DNA of 64,000 nt from Camelus ferus (taxonomy: Eukaryota). The DNA is taken from contig NC_045696.1 in assembly GCF_009834535.1 (NCBI RefSeq), positions 60,514,001 to 60,578,000 of the forward strand, in the 5' to 3' direction. Made by a program: the position numbers and the translations under genes. This document shows positions 1 through 13,399 of the stretch, one piece after another; positions within the stretch are counted from its first letter, which is position 1; each line of letters opens with the position of its first letter. Under the pieces are notes generated by a model that saw nothing but the letters and a program-made list of their open reading frames with translations, ran no database searches and was not told where the DNA came from.

Positions 1-560
1 GCGGAGAAGCCACTCACAAAGTTTGCCATCCCGCTGGGGGAAGGGGCCCCGACTGCGCCGCGGGCCCCGACCCGGAAGACGCGTGTCTGGAAGGCCCCAC
101 CGCCCGCCGAGGCCCGGGAGCGCCAGACACTCGGGTAGGAAAAGCCCCGGCTTCTCGGCGCTTCGCCGCCGCCTCCTCGCACGCTGGGGCACTCACGCAC
201 GCGTGCGCACACTCACACACGTACACACAACAAAAGGAAGCCGTGCGAGCCGCGTGCGGAGGTTTGCTCCGGCGCTCCGGAAAGCTCCTCCTCCCGGCCC
301 CCGCGCGCCGCCCCGGGCCTGCTGACTTACTGCAGCGCCCCGCGAGGGCCCATGGGTGCGCGGATGTTCGCGGCCCACCGGCCGACCCAATCCGGCTGTG
401 ATCCGCTGCGTCTGCGGGCGGCTGCAGCGGCTCAGGGCCCACCACCCGCGCAGCTCCGCGCCGCTGCTCCGCCCGCCGCCGAGCCAAGCGCCGGCAAAAT
501 CCCGCCCCGGCAGGCCTGCGCTCCCAAAGCCCAGGAACAGGAGGACTCCTACTCCCCGGG
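1..560. promoter_or_regulatory. CpG island / proximal promoter of a minus-strand gene (continues beyond the window start)
   Basis: Very GC- and CpG-rich, with an abrupt drop at ~565. CCAAT at 387-391, GC boxes at ~467-510, ETS-like CCGGAAG at 72-78. Minus-strand donor consensus sites with the intron starting at 330 (GCA|GTAAGT), 196 (GC|GTGAGT) and 17 (TTT|GTGAGT). Confidence 0.9.
18..29 (-). CDS. Candidate coding start of an alternative first exon (Met-Ala-Asn-Phe, then a phase-0 intron); gene not identified
   Basis: Minus strand reads gcgggATGGCAAACTTT|GTGAGT: strong Kozak context (G at -3, G at +4) and a perfect intronic donor consensus. It could equally be a uORF start. Confidence 0.4.
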
Positions 561-3179
561 TCTCTTAAGACATAAAACTATAAGATGTTAAACCCCTTTC
601 CTTAATGAACCACTAATCAAAAGTAGTATCCAACATGGCACTCCTTAGAATAAGAAATCTTTCAGTAACCTCTTCTTTAAACCTTGCTCTTACTTCTCCA
701 CACCTTAGTTTACTCATTTTAGTTTTCCCCTTGCCTGTTTTTAACCTAACAGCTGCATTTTCCCCCAAAAATAATTTGCCCTAAACCGTCTTTGCAATTT
801 TACTCTTTTGAAATTTACTTTTCTAATAGTAACAAGCTTCCTCATTAAGTCCCTTCCATCTCCCACTTACCTATACAAAACCTCGCCACTTTTCTAATTT
901 TCATCAGCGCCTACCAAACCAATTCATAAGTAACTCTCAAACACTGCATTTTCTGTCTGTTCTCTCATTCCCTCAAAGCTAACGCTCTCCAACTTAACAC
1001 ACAAATTTGCCCTAAACTGCCCTCAAATTTTGTGAACCTATTCCAGAGAGGCCACCAGTCACTGAAAAATCTATTTCCTAAACCTACCCCCAACAACTTA
1101 AAACGATCTTTTCAAATATTCTCTACCAATTCACTTGTATCATTCATAACTAAAGACTCTAATTACAGAACCTAATCAAATTAACACATTATCTCTACCA
1201 TTATATATATACATATATATATGTCTACATTACATGCAGGTGTATATATACGTGTTAACAAGTATAGAGGGGACCCTGCAAAACATCAAGTGTGTATTTC
1301 ATTCCAATCCCTTGGATATTGGCTCTTCTCAAATTTACAAGGAAAACTCCACACCAACCAAGATTTTCAGGCATCCAATCCCTATCTTTTGAAGTTATTT
1401 ACCTATGTTAAATTAATGTATCACTTAAAACATACTGTCTCCATTTCTACTATAATCATTCCTAACACGTTCCTTAAAGTATCTATCATTAGTCTAACCC
1501 ACACAATCCATTCAAATATTCAGAATATACCCCCACATGCCAAGGCCCAGCAATGTCCAAGGCTGGTCCCAGAAACAATTCTAGATCAAATCAGGCAGAT
1601 GACAGCTAAGTTGTGAGTTGGGCAACGTGGCCTCCCTGGGCAACTTTAGGCCTTCAAAGCTCTGGATAGTCTCCAAAGGTCCTTCATTATTAAATTTGTT
1701 GACTGAATAAATGTAGAAGTAAGGGAGGAAAAAAAATGGTGAATGACCCAGGGCTAGATTCTGGAATTAATTCTGAAGCAAAGCTGCACTAGGAAGGAAC
1801 ACAATACTATTTATTTTGTGCTTTCCCATATTTTTCTCACTGTCACTAAATATGCTCTCTCTCTCTCTCTGTCTCTCTCAAACATGAAGTAACATCAAAA
1901 ACCCCGATCTGAACAGGGAGGATCAGTCAGTATTCTTTGCTCAGAGGTTGAAAGAGTTAGTTAATCATGTGAGGAATATAATGCAAATACGAAGGATTTG
2001 AAGCGTGCAGCATTTTCCCCTTTAACAGTTTAAAATGTCAGCTGCTGGGACCACAGCAAGGCACTAATGGAGAATTCCAAAAAGCAGTTAGGTAAGCACT
2101 TCAGAGTTAAGTCTTTGATAGTACAAGGGAAAAGTTGACAGAAGACAAAGTCTGACAAAAATCAATACTACTGTATAACTGGACAAGCAAAAGTTTGAAA
2201 GCAGAGATACAAGCCAAGAAAAGAGGCCTGGTATAGGTCTTAAATATCATCAATGGAAGATGATGGTTTCAAACCCTGAGGTCATAATACTGAAGATTTA
2301 AAAACGAAACAAAAAAAGAAGCAATGTTTCAGTTTTAGCTATATTTTGTTTTGGAACTGGCAAGATTTCTCCTTTAGAGATGTTCAATAAATGATAAATA
2401 ACTAGAAATAAGACAAGAAAAAAGCATATTTAAAACCATATACCTGGAAGTCACCTGTATATAGGTAACAAATGAAATAAGAAGACAGAGCAGACCAGCC
2501 TCCTAAGAACACTAAGAAATATGATATCAGCCATAGACAAAAAAAAAAAAAAAAACTACAGAAACCATTTTAGATCCCTTAAGACATCTTCCTACCATCC
2601 ACCCCATTCATTCCACTTTTTACCTGAACCTCTTTACATATACAAATTACCACCACACAATTCAAAGTTTAATGTAGTTTTCAGGCACTCAAGTAGAGAT
2701 CAAAGATCTCAGTGTCTCTATCATTCATGCTATTTAAAAAAGAAAGTTATGCATGATGTACTATCCCTTTAATATTAACATAATAGGTAAGCAAGGACTG
2801 TCCTTACATGCACAGAGAAGGAAGTGTCCTGGCATTGTTTCCTAGGTTATGTTTTCTCCGTATTTTCTCTGCTACAAGCTACTGACTCTCCTCTTCATCT
2901 TACCTTATTCCTATTCGGGTCAGCTCCAACCTCCTCATTCATTTCTATCCATTTACTAGCTCCTATCAGCTTGCTCATGTTCTACTGTCAACAAACTACC
3001 CTATGTCTTTTGCCTTTCACATTAGAACACCTCTACCTCACCCTTTTTTCCTTTCATTGTCTAATTTCTAATCCACAAATATCTCTCAGCTGAATTTATC
3101 TCAGTATATTATACATGAGTGGTTATGATTTTGCAAGTATAATTTATTTATAAAAATCTAAAGAAGTCCATCCCCACGC

Positions 3180-6090
3180 CACAACAATTTAGATCACTAT
3201 CGACCCTTGTCAGGATACCTCCTCATCTTATCTCAGCTTGGCTTTCCGTTTCCTGGACAAGCCGCTTCTCTCATGACTTAGCTATCCATTCTCCTACTCC
3301 TTCAACTTGATAAAGGACCAGCTGCTCCTTGCTCCTCAAGGTCACTCTCGCTGTTCTCCTTTCACCAAAAAATCTCTTTGTAGTTCACGTTACTCATTTA
3401 AACCATTCCATCTGCAACATCTACCAAACTCCAGGATCCCTTCCACCTTCCCTTCCCAAAGACGTCAATTCTACTTTGTCCCATATTCAGCCATTATTCT
3501 CAGCGACTGAGGTGCTGAAGAACTTTCTGCACCCTGACCTTCCTCATCTCCTAAAACCTTCATCTGCATTTCAGCCACCCACACATACATACTGAAAACA
3601 GGTCATCAACTGGAAGTGCTGTACCACTAGGATTGTAACTCCAGAGACCTTTTATTTTTTTTAACCACAACTACTGTATTTTCTAGCTCTACACCTGCTC
3701 TTCACCTCCTTCTGGCTTCAGTTATCTTCCTACATAATTTAAATCTGTCCACCAGCAATTTTAATACTGTCCTCTCCAGAATATCATGACCTCCCATTAT
3801 ATTAACCATGCATCTCCCCAAGAAGAGACAATCTCCACCAACTGTTTTTTTCCACACCCACACAATGGGTGTTAAGCACCACCAGAAAGCTATGAAATCT
3901 TCTACAACTGACTTATTCTAAATACAACTCTCCATCTCATTAACTAATCCAAATCATTTTCATATTTAAATCTTTAATCCCATCAAATACTCAATCTCTT
4001 CCATAAAATTCCCTCAGATCACAACTTCTCCACCTGTAATCAAATCCTCTTATAGCTTCTAAAATGCTGTTTCTCTTCATCCATCTGTTACTTCTTGCCT
4101 TCAGCTTTGAAAAAAGAGTTGTTCCTTCTTCTTAAAATAAACTTCTTAATACAATTCCTAGAGCCGATGATTCCATATTTTCCCAACCCACTCAGTCCTT
4201 TAACCCTATGCACTCTGGTCTCTGAACTGCTCTCTTGCAGACCAAAAAAACAATTCGATGCACCAAATCCTATGACCCACCACCCAAGTTCTTGTCCTCT
4301 CTTTGGCAAGGACACTTGAACTACCTCCTTTGATTTACATCACTATAACACAAGATTGTACTCTGATCTCTCTAGTTGTTTCTTTTGTCTCCAAAGACTA
4401 CTAGTCCTCTTCTTAGCCCAAATAGTGGGTATTTTCCCAAATTCTGTCCTGGAGCTATTTCTAATTCTCTCTACCTCAGGGTCTCATCCCTTACCACTGC
4501 TTCTACATTTTCTATCCTCATACCCCCAGCTCCCCAAAAGAATCTTTAAACCATCACCTTCTGCTACAATCTAATTTAATCCTGAAGAATTAGAATATAT
4601 AATGATTTCTTTTAAACTGAATTCTTCAATTACTGCTTCAATGATTAGTCCAAATAATTTCATAGCATTCAGCACCCTATCAAATCCAGTATTAGTAGCT
4701 TCAATTACCAACTCTATGTACGTATTTCCAAATCTCTATTAGACCTCTTTCTTCAGATGAATCCGGTATTTTTAACTCTAGCTAGGTAACTCCCCTTCGA
4801 TACTTCCACTGGTGCCTCACACAATGGTCAGTGTCTTAAAAACCAAAGTAGCCATTTTTTCCCCACCAAAATGATTCTGCTAACTGATCCAATAATTTCT
4901 GTTAATGGCACCACCATTCTCATAGTTACCCCAGGTTAAAAGCTCTGGAGTTTCCCTTAACTTTTTCTTTTTCTCCAGTGTTTCCCAAAAGCCCATCTGC
5001 CATCAAACCCTTCAATCCTTTGAAATATTCTTGTATCAATTCCCTTTCCTTTTATTCCCACTACCACCATCCCAACTTAGATTCTCAATACTTTCACTTT
5101 TATCATAGCCTTCTAACTTTGTCTTCTAGTTACTAGGCTCTCGTCATTGCAAAAGAAAAAAAAAAAAAAACAGAAAAGAAAAGAAAAGAAACAAAACAGG
5201 TCACCATATCAGTAATTTTAAACCCACTCAGAAATCAGTGGTTCTCCACTGCATACTAAGTCAAGTTAAAACTCCTTAGGACTCCAAAAAATAGAAACTA
5301 CTCATTTTCCAACAATCATGGAATGGATAAATACACTGTGGTATATTCATACAATGAATCCTAGAGAGCAATGAAGAAGAATGAACTACTGCTGCATGCA
5401 TCATGGATGAACCTCACAGACATGATGAGCACAGGAAACCAGATGCAGAAGTATGATTTCACTAGTATGAAATACAAAAACATACAAAACTACTCTGTGT
5501 GACAGAGGTCAGAATAGTAGTTACTTTTGGTTGGAGGAGACCAACCTGGAGGTGACACATGAGGAAACCTTCTGGGATGCTGGGAATGTTCTATATATTG
5601 AACTGGGGGGTGGTTACATAAATGGAAACCTAAAAGAATTCACCTGTACTCTTAAGATTTGAGCACTTTATGTAAGTTATTTCTCAATAAACAAATTTTT
5701 AAAAACCAGTTTGGTCTGGATTTTTAGATGTTTTATCTACTTTACAGCTTTATTTCCCTCCTCCATTCATGAACTCTAAATTCCAGCTCAACACGTCCAT
5801 AATCTTTCTCACTGTCACTCATATCACTCCCTCTTCTTGCAATGCCAACCCTCACCATCGTGCCTGCTATAATCTTATTTATCCTTAAAGCATTAAGCTA
5901 GGTACCAATTCCCGCACAAAGTTGGACCCGCCACCGTGCTTCTGTCAGACAAATGTGTACATATTTTTGTCTCTGGATAAACTCCTGAAGAATATGAACT
6001 GTGTCATATATAAACATGTATCCTTCACACTGCTTACCAGAGAACCTTGACACAGTAAGCATACAAAAATATTCCCTGAATGAATAAATG
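3180..6090 (+). mobile_element. Degenerate L2 LINE fragments (interrupted by an old L1 3' end)
   Basis: Pyrimidine-rich L2-like sequence ending in the typical (TGAA)n-like tail 'gaatgaataaatg' at ~6080-6090. Confidence 0.6.
5320..5700 (+). mobile_element. Old L1 (L1M-type) 3' end
   Basis: 'atggataaatacactgtggtatattcatacaatgaat...atggatgaacctcacagacat...ctcaataaa' resembles an L1MC/ME 3' UTR. Confidence 0.75.
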
Positions 6091-6569
6091 CTGACAGACC
6101 ATCAAAAGCACCCTCCAACCTAACCCTTCCTTCTCAAACCCATCTATCAATGTCTCCACTCACAAATTTGTTTCTCAGCTTACATATTTAATCATTCAAC
6201 AAACAACAGAGAACCTACTACATGTAAGAAACTATCTACACTAATGTCCCCCCACCAAACTACTCAAAAATGTAATCCAATTTCAGCTGCCTCTTGAATT
6301 TTCCCTCAATTCTAATTTTCTAGTCATCTTCTCCTTCTCTCTCCATCCAATCACATCCTACCCCCTTATTTCTAATCTTCCTGTTATCAAACTAATTCAA
6401 ACCTTCTTAGTTTCTCCTGTAGCCTCCTAACTGGGCTACTCACCTCCAATCTTACTCTACCACCACACTGCCCCCAATCTATCCTGTATAAAGTACCTGT
6501 TGTCAGACTAAGGTATCTAATATACAGTCCTTGATTCCATTCTCCACTTTAAAAAATTCAATAGCTATA

Positions 6570-6790
6570 CATTAATGATATATGCTAGCATGCTTTAATC
6601 CTATGTTAATATACTTTAATATTCAAATCCTCACAACCTTTGACAGGAGGTTTAATGATTATCAATTTCCTGATGAGAAAACTGAGTCTCAGAAAGGAAG
6701 TAATTCTCTCCATACCCATAGTGCAGGCAAACAGAAGGGCCAAGACTAAAATCCAGCTTCTGTTTGCTTACTAAGCACAACACTGTATCA
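6570..6790 (-). mobile_element. MIR SINE
   Basis: Core 'aatcctcacaac...gatgagaaaactgagtctcaga'. Confidence 0.75.
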
Positions 6791-9233
6791 TATCAAATAC
6801 AAACTACTTAGCTTAGCTTTCAAAGCCATCCATTTTCAACCCAACCCCTAATGACTCTTCCTACCTTATATCATATTATACCCTATTCATGAACTCTATG
6901 TTCCAAACTACAGGTTGTGATCAATTATTTAGTTTGTCATGAAATCACTTTAATGAGGGACAGCCATCTCTTTTTTTTACTTTTTAACCAAACAGAATAA
7001 TAGAAAATATCCAAGTGCATCCAACATGGTAAGGACAGTTATTGTTACTGAAACTTTGTTTTGTATGTGCACACATTCATACATGCATATATTAGGTTAA
7101 GATGTAATATGTATTCTTTAATGTGATCATAGTAAAAAATTAAAAACCAGCTCATTATTCCCCACATCTCCTTGGTTTCTCACCTCCAAGCCTTTGCTTT
7201 TGCTAATCTCTCAGGTTGGAACGTTCTTTCTAGTAATTTCTGCTATCCATCCCTTCAAAGACTAACTAAAATACCACTTCCATGCCACTAAATGCAGTCT
7301 CGGGTTTTCCCCGAGTCAAATGTCGTTTCCTACCTTTTAACTCCAGTAACGCTGAGTATTTTTCTTACATATACATTTGTGATCACAGTGTAGTTATTTG
7401 TGCTGAAGCCCAGCTCCCCCATTAGAATATAAACCCCAAAGGATTAATCCCTGATTGCATTTTGCATATAACAAATGTGCATTATCTGTTGACTAAAGAA
7501 AATTCATCCCATTATTTTCTGAAACCTCAGTTATAAATCAATAACATAATTTCTACTACATACAAACTTCTGAAACTCTTATCCTTCAAATAGCCCTACC
7601 ATCTTCCTCCCAAAATTAGCCATTTCAAATAATCCTCTTTACCTTCAATCTTCTCTTGCTTTCTTCTAAACATAACCTATCATGTATCAATAACCTTTTT
7701 CTTCTTTCAGAATCATACCTTCTATTAAATAACACCTTTCCTTCTCCATCTGCTATCTTCCCCTTTATTCCTAGCTCTCTAACATCCATAATGATAGGTC
7801 TAATATTCTTTAAACAGACATTTCTTTCATCTTCTCTTCACCCAGACTTCAATTATTTCAATTCATTTATAGTGTACATATTTTTGTCAGCCCCATTAAA
7901 TCCTCTGTAGAAAAAGGCAGATAATGAATAAATAAATTGAAACAAACAAAACATATAGATAATTTAGGTAAGTTACCTTGGATACTTTCTCATTCATTCA
8001 TTTATTCAACAAGCATGTATCTACTGGACATATGCCTTCAATTCTCTTGTCTATTCTATAATTTGGAAAGCAGCTTTGAGAAAACCATGCAGGAAAATGC
8101 CAGGATAACAAGCCAAGTTGACTCATACTCTTCACTCACAGAGACCAAGTCATTTGTGGGGTACAGGCTCAAAAAAGGAAAAACTAAAAGTTACACCAGA
8201 CACAGATGGAAATAGATATCCCCCCTCCCGAGTTGTTCCAGGGGTCTCAAAAATCTACCCAGCAAAGGTGAATTTGAAAAGGAACAAATCAGTAGGAGTA
8301 GCTAAAATGAAATAGGCAGAAAGCATTCAGACAAAAATAGATCCAGACTCCAGGTTCATTCTAGGGCTGCAAGAGAAATTTGGAGCAATTTAGTTCCTTT
8401 CCTGAGATCTCTAAGGAATCCTTTCAAATATCTAGCTAAAGTATGGTACTTAAATCCCTTCCTCAAATCTTAGCCAATACTCACTTCTCCATTCTCTGAA
8501 CTCCTTCAGCACTCACTGCCTGTAAAACTCATTTGGGAACTTAATCATAACTATCTTGTTCATGGTAATGAACTGTTAACAAACATAGCCAGAATTTATT
8601 TACATATTAAAATCAGTGTGGTCCTCTCTAAAATAGTTACTTTGAGAGGCTACCACTGACTCATTTATGCACTCCATCCATCCACCACCTGATGCACTTA
8701 ACCAACATTCATCTAGTACCTAACCAACTCCATGTGAAAAATCACCACTGTTCAAAAATTTTCCAAATTCCTCTTTGGGAATGTTTTCCAAAGTTACTTA
8801 ATAAGTTAACTAAGAAAATCATCCTCATTTCTGTGTCTAACTGAATTTGAACCAAAACTATTCTTTATTCTACTTGATAATAACAGAACTTCAATACTTC
8901 TAAAAATCAAGTATTTCAAACTAAAAAGATTTGTCACCAATGAGACCAGTCAGAATAACATTATGCCTTGTATAATTTTAACTGTACCATCCTGGAGGGA
9001 TTATGAACTCCTAAAAGGTAGGGACAGTGTTTTACTCATCTTTGTAGACTTCTACCCCCAACAGCTCACAATAGGTACTCAATAAATAAGTATTGTATAG
9101 AATGTGCAGGAGGCTCAGACAATAAATCAGGAAAGGTGTTCCAAAACAGTTCTCAACACTACTTCTGAAAGTTGATTAACAAATTACAAAAATTCTCATT
9201 TGGAGGTATACTTTTGATACTTGTATTAAAAAG

Positions 9234-9595
9234 TCAATTTTCTGAAAGAACTGAGGATTGTGGGAGAGAATGGAAGATTGCTGGAGCAATGAAACGACTG
9301 AAGGTGGGACAGAAACAACTGTCAGAGGGTGAGAACTGTGGGATATAACAGGACATTTGGAGAAAGATTGGGTAATTTTGTGAAAGAAAGGGTAATTGAG
9401 AGAGTGGTAGGAAAGATGGGGAATTTGGGGATACATGTGGAATTATGGGAAAGATGGGGATTCTGGGGAAGGAAAAGAATAGTGGAAGGGACAGGGAATT
9501 TTTAGGAAATAATGGAGAATGATGAGGAAAATGCAGATTGTGGGAGACCCAGGGAAGTGTGGGGGGAAAAAGAGAAAAATATCAATTTTCTGAAA
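9234..9595 (+). repeat. Purine-rich degenerate tandem array flanked by 14-bp direct repeats
   Basis: TCAATTTTCTGAAA at 9234-9247 and 9582-9595. Interior is G/A-rich with recurring ~18-nt units like GGGAATTGTGGGAAAGAT and an A-rich 3' end. Confidence 0.8.
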
Positions 9596-9986
9596 TCTTA
9601 CACTGTTACGGAATTACTTCACAACTGTCTTTCTCCCCTTAAAAGAATATAAATACCATAAATTCCTTGAGGATAGAAACTTCATCTAACACTTATTATC
9701 CTCAAAGTGAATTAAATCAAGCAGATTCTTAAAACAGATACAATCTCTAAGCACTCACTTAGGCCTCAGGTAAGAAAATCCAAATTAACCAGCTCCCAGG
9801 TCCAGACCAGATTCATTCAGATTAAACTAGCCTCACATTAGAAGAGAACCTTTGGTGCCGCCCATTAGATGTTTTTGCAGGATTGTTTCAGTTCCATTCT
9901 AATCCATTCTGTTGTCTTCCCTTAAATCTAAAGACCTTCGTCCTAAAATACAAAAGTCAGATATTCCTTTTGTACTTATCTCTCTG

Positions 9987-10018
<32 letters not shown>

Positions 10019-11906
10019 ACACACAATTTTGTCTATAATACCTCACAGTGTTCAGCAATTTCACACAGTCCCATTATTACCAGTAATGGTGGACACTACT
10101 TTCTATCATTCAACAGGTATTTATTAAGCACTAAGGATCAAGCTGTTGTGAGTTTCCCCCAAGATTAAAGAAAGTCTTAGCTCTAGAGCAGGTTACAATC
10201 TAGCTACCATTTGCAAAACAAAGAGAAAATAATTCCCCAAAACAAAAGCAATATTCAGCAGTATAGAATCTACATGTGAATGTTGTTCTAATTCAAAGTA
10301 AGGAAGATTCTCAAGAGGTGGAGTTACCTAAAACAATACTTTTGAAAAGGGGAGCAAGATCTTTCTACACTCCCAATATCCAACACCCTGACTCAGTGAT
10401 GTTGTACCTCATACAAAAATTTCAAAACCAATATTTTATGAATCTATCGTAATACATGAGCAGTATTCTTTTTCCACCATATTCCCCACATATTAATGAC
10501 TTAAATATGACAATTTCCTTAAAACTGCCACAAATCTGTCTCACCATTGTAATTTAAATCCCCTTCACAATTAACTATATCCAAATGTCCTCAGAATTCT
10601 TTACTTTTCTTCCAGCCTCCAACAAAATTATCACCATCTCCATCATATCCTGGCCCTCTTCTTCTCCCTCTTATCACATTTCCCCATCCCTCCCTCCCTC
10701 CTCCACAAAGCAGAAACACATCTCCACACCAATTCATTCCTTCCTAAGAAACATAAGAATTGCCAAAGAAGCCTGGAAAGAACAATCAAGGATCATTTTA
10801 ATCTATTCCCAGACTACCCACACTGAAACTCTCTACAAGACTGTCAAAGAATTCTGCACAGTAGACCTGGTAACTAATTCCAAGATGAACAACTATCACT
10901 GCCAAACCACCACTCTTCATCTCTAACCAGCAACCCTAACGCTGCAAAGTTGCTGTTTTCTACAGCCTAGTCTTTGCTATAGGTCCATCATCAAACTTTC
11001 TTTAATCATCTCACCCAGTTTTTCCAGTCTAAATTTTAAATGTTTTTTCTTAAAGAATATTAAAGATATAAAGACATCAAATAAAAAAGCTAAAATAATA
11101 ACTATCAAAGTTTGGAAAGAAGGAAAAGGAAATAATGACAGTAACACAAATCCTTTCCACTCACAGTAAGAAGTCAAAATTTTGACTCCTTTATAATGTC
11201 ATTTTGATCAATCAAGAAGTAACAGTACATGCATATTACTTGGAGATCTAGGGAAAAGCGTGATAAGAACTACAAAAATTAACACTTAGAAGTAGTCTCT
11301 GAAAAGTGGGACTTTTCAGTGCAATGGGCAGGTGAGACAGGGGTTACTGCTTTTCATTATAAGCTCCCTCAGGACAATTTTTTAAAATTATTTTCATGTA
11401 TTATTTCATGTAATTTAAAGGAGAGACAAACAATAATAAAATACTCTATTTAAACCCATTCAACTTACAAAAATTAAAAGAGCTGACAATATACAGTGCT
11501 GGTGAGGGGAAGGAAAACAGACCTTCTCATACTATGATGGCAATAGAAATGGGTACATCCAACTATGTAATATATTGAAGCCCTTAAAAGGAGCGAGTTA
11601 ACTCTAAATGTACTGACATAAAGTTTTCCAATTTTTAAAAAAATAATCCTGAATTATTTCCAGAATAAAAATTTTAATAAAAGCCCCTTTCCACTCAAAT
11701 GCTAATTACCCTCCTTTAGAGCTATTTGCTAAATAAGTAAATAAATTTTCCCATCCCTCTCCCAAATTTCTTTCCCTCTTCTCCATTAATCCTTCCATCT
11801 TCTAGTTCCATAAAAAGACCTTTCACACTTCCCTCTCCTCAGCTGAATCAACATTACAATGTAATGTGTATACAATCTTTCTTAATAACAAAAGGTGAAT
11901 AATCTT

Positions 11907-11975
11907 AAAGGTATGGTTCTAGACCAGAATTCTCTCTGGTCTAGAAAGGTATGGTTCTAGACCAGAATTCTCTCT
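11907..11975. repeat. 31-bp direct duplication with an inverted templated spacer
   Basis: AAAGGTATGGTTCTAGACCAGAATTCTCTCT at 11907-11937 and 11945-11975; 12-bp perfect stem 11917-11928/11935-11946. Confidence 0.95.
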
Positions 11976-13399
11976 TGGAAATCTGGTCTTGTGAGAGCTC
12001 AGCAAATCCAATAGCCTGGGTACATTTCCTGATATGGAAATGCTAATATTCCCTCCAGCCTGACTCTAGAATCATCCAGTCTCTTCAGGTTCCCCTAGAC
12101 CTCAAGACGACCAGTCCTGACCTCCCTGCAACTTAAGACCAAAACAGACATTCTAATCCTCCACTCTGCAGGCCCACACTTTGTAGGCTAATACATTTTC
12201 TTCAACACCACCAAGCCTCAATGAGGGTATACATTCAGGAACTGTGAATGGCAAAAGACCTCCCCCAGCCGCAGAGTTATGGAACCAATTCAGTCAACTA
12301 GACTAATCTGAACTACAAATGGAGCCTCCAAAGAAGGGCCACCATGCATGGACTCTCCCCACCATTAATTATAACCCTGTGTACTGCAACCCAAGCTGAA
12401 TAATATGGCAACAGTCCTCTTGGACCAGATAAACTGGGCAGTGAAGAAAACCGCCAAGTCAAGTAATTTCCATTCCAGCATCTGCCAGTATAGTGTTCAC
12501 CCAGCCTCTGTGTAAGTGATATTTCAAATTTGCTAAAACCTAAACTCCATGGCCTAGAGAATCCCTGTAGGCCAGGCGTTTTCTTAAGGTCTGGCTCAGA
12601 GATTCTCATATTCACCGGTGCAGGTCTAAAATGTCTCAGACCAAACTACAGACCAAGATCTAATTCTCAGTGACCCCAACCGCTGCTGGTACCCACACTT
12701 ACCAGATGTCATCTACAGAAGAGCCCAAACAGGTTCGGAACTAGGCCATCCTGGCCCATCTGGAATAACTCTTTAGTCCTTGGGCCAACACTTATTAATT
12801 CTGCTACATCTGTCTATGCTATCACGCATTCTCTTCATATTCTCTAGTATTTAGCAATCCCTCTTGCTTTAAACGTATCCTTTCTATTCAAGGAAACTCC
12901 TTACATCCTTTCTTTCCTTCCCTTAGAAACGCTTCAGTTCTTTCCATAACGAAATACCTAATGTATCTGCACAATGAACACCACCCCCCGCTCCCGGAAT
13001 CCTCAAGACTCCTCCACAGCCACCCCCTGCATTCCTCCACCTACCCAGCATCTTTCCCTCCGGCCTCTCTTCCAGTGCACGCTCCCACTACGTTTCCTGC
13101 AAGGATTCCCTTTTCTCCAACCCTTGCCCTTCCCTTCTCCCAAAGAACACATTCAGGCAGCAACAGTGCCTGAGGCCTGCGGTGCATAAAGCACTGCACC
13201 AGGCACGGCAGACAGAGACCCGGTGTCTCCCTAGGCTTTTCACACCCACACCCAGCACCCTCCGGCCACCCCGTGCAATCATCCCACCTTCTTCCCTACC
13301 TCTGACACCCCCCTCAGGCCTCGGAGGCCGCCTTCTCGCTTCAGCCATCCCCGTCATTATCCTTTCTCACCCCCCAACCCACCATCCGCGCCCTGTTTC

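Noticed and set aside
14..591. Several 65-157 aa ORFs over the proximal CpG island
   Set aside because: Low-complexity Arg/Pro/Ala/Gly translations are expected from stop-poor GC-rich DNA; no recognisable protein.
773..1017. 14-bp direct repeat AATTTGCCCTAAAC (773-786 and 1004-1017)
   Set aside because: No tail or element between the copies; lies in compositionally biased sequence.
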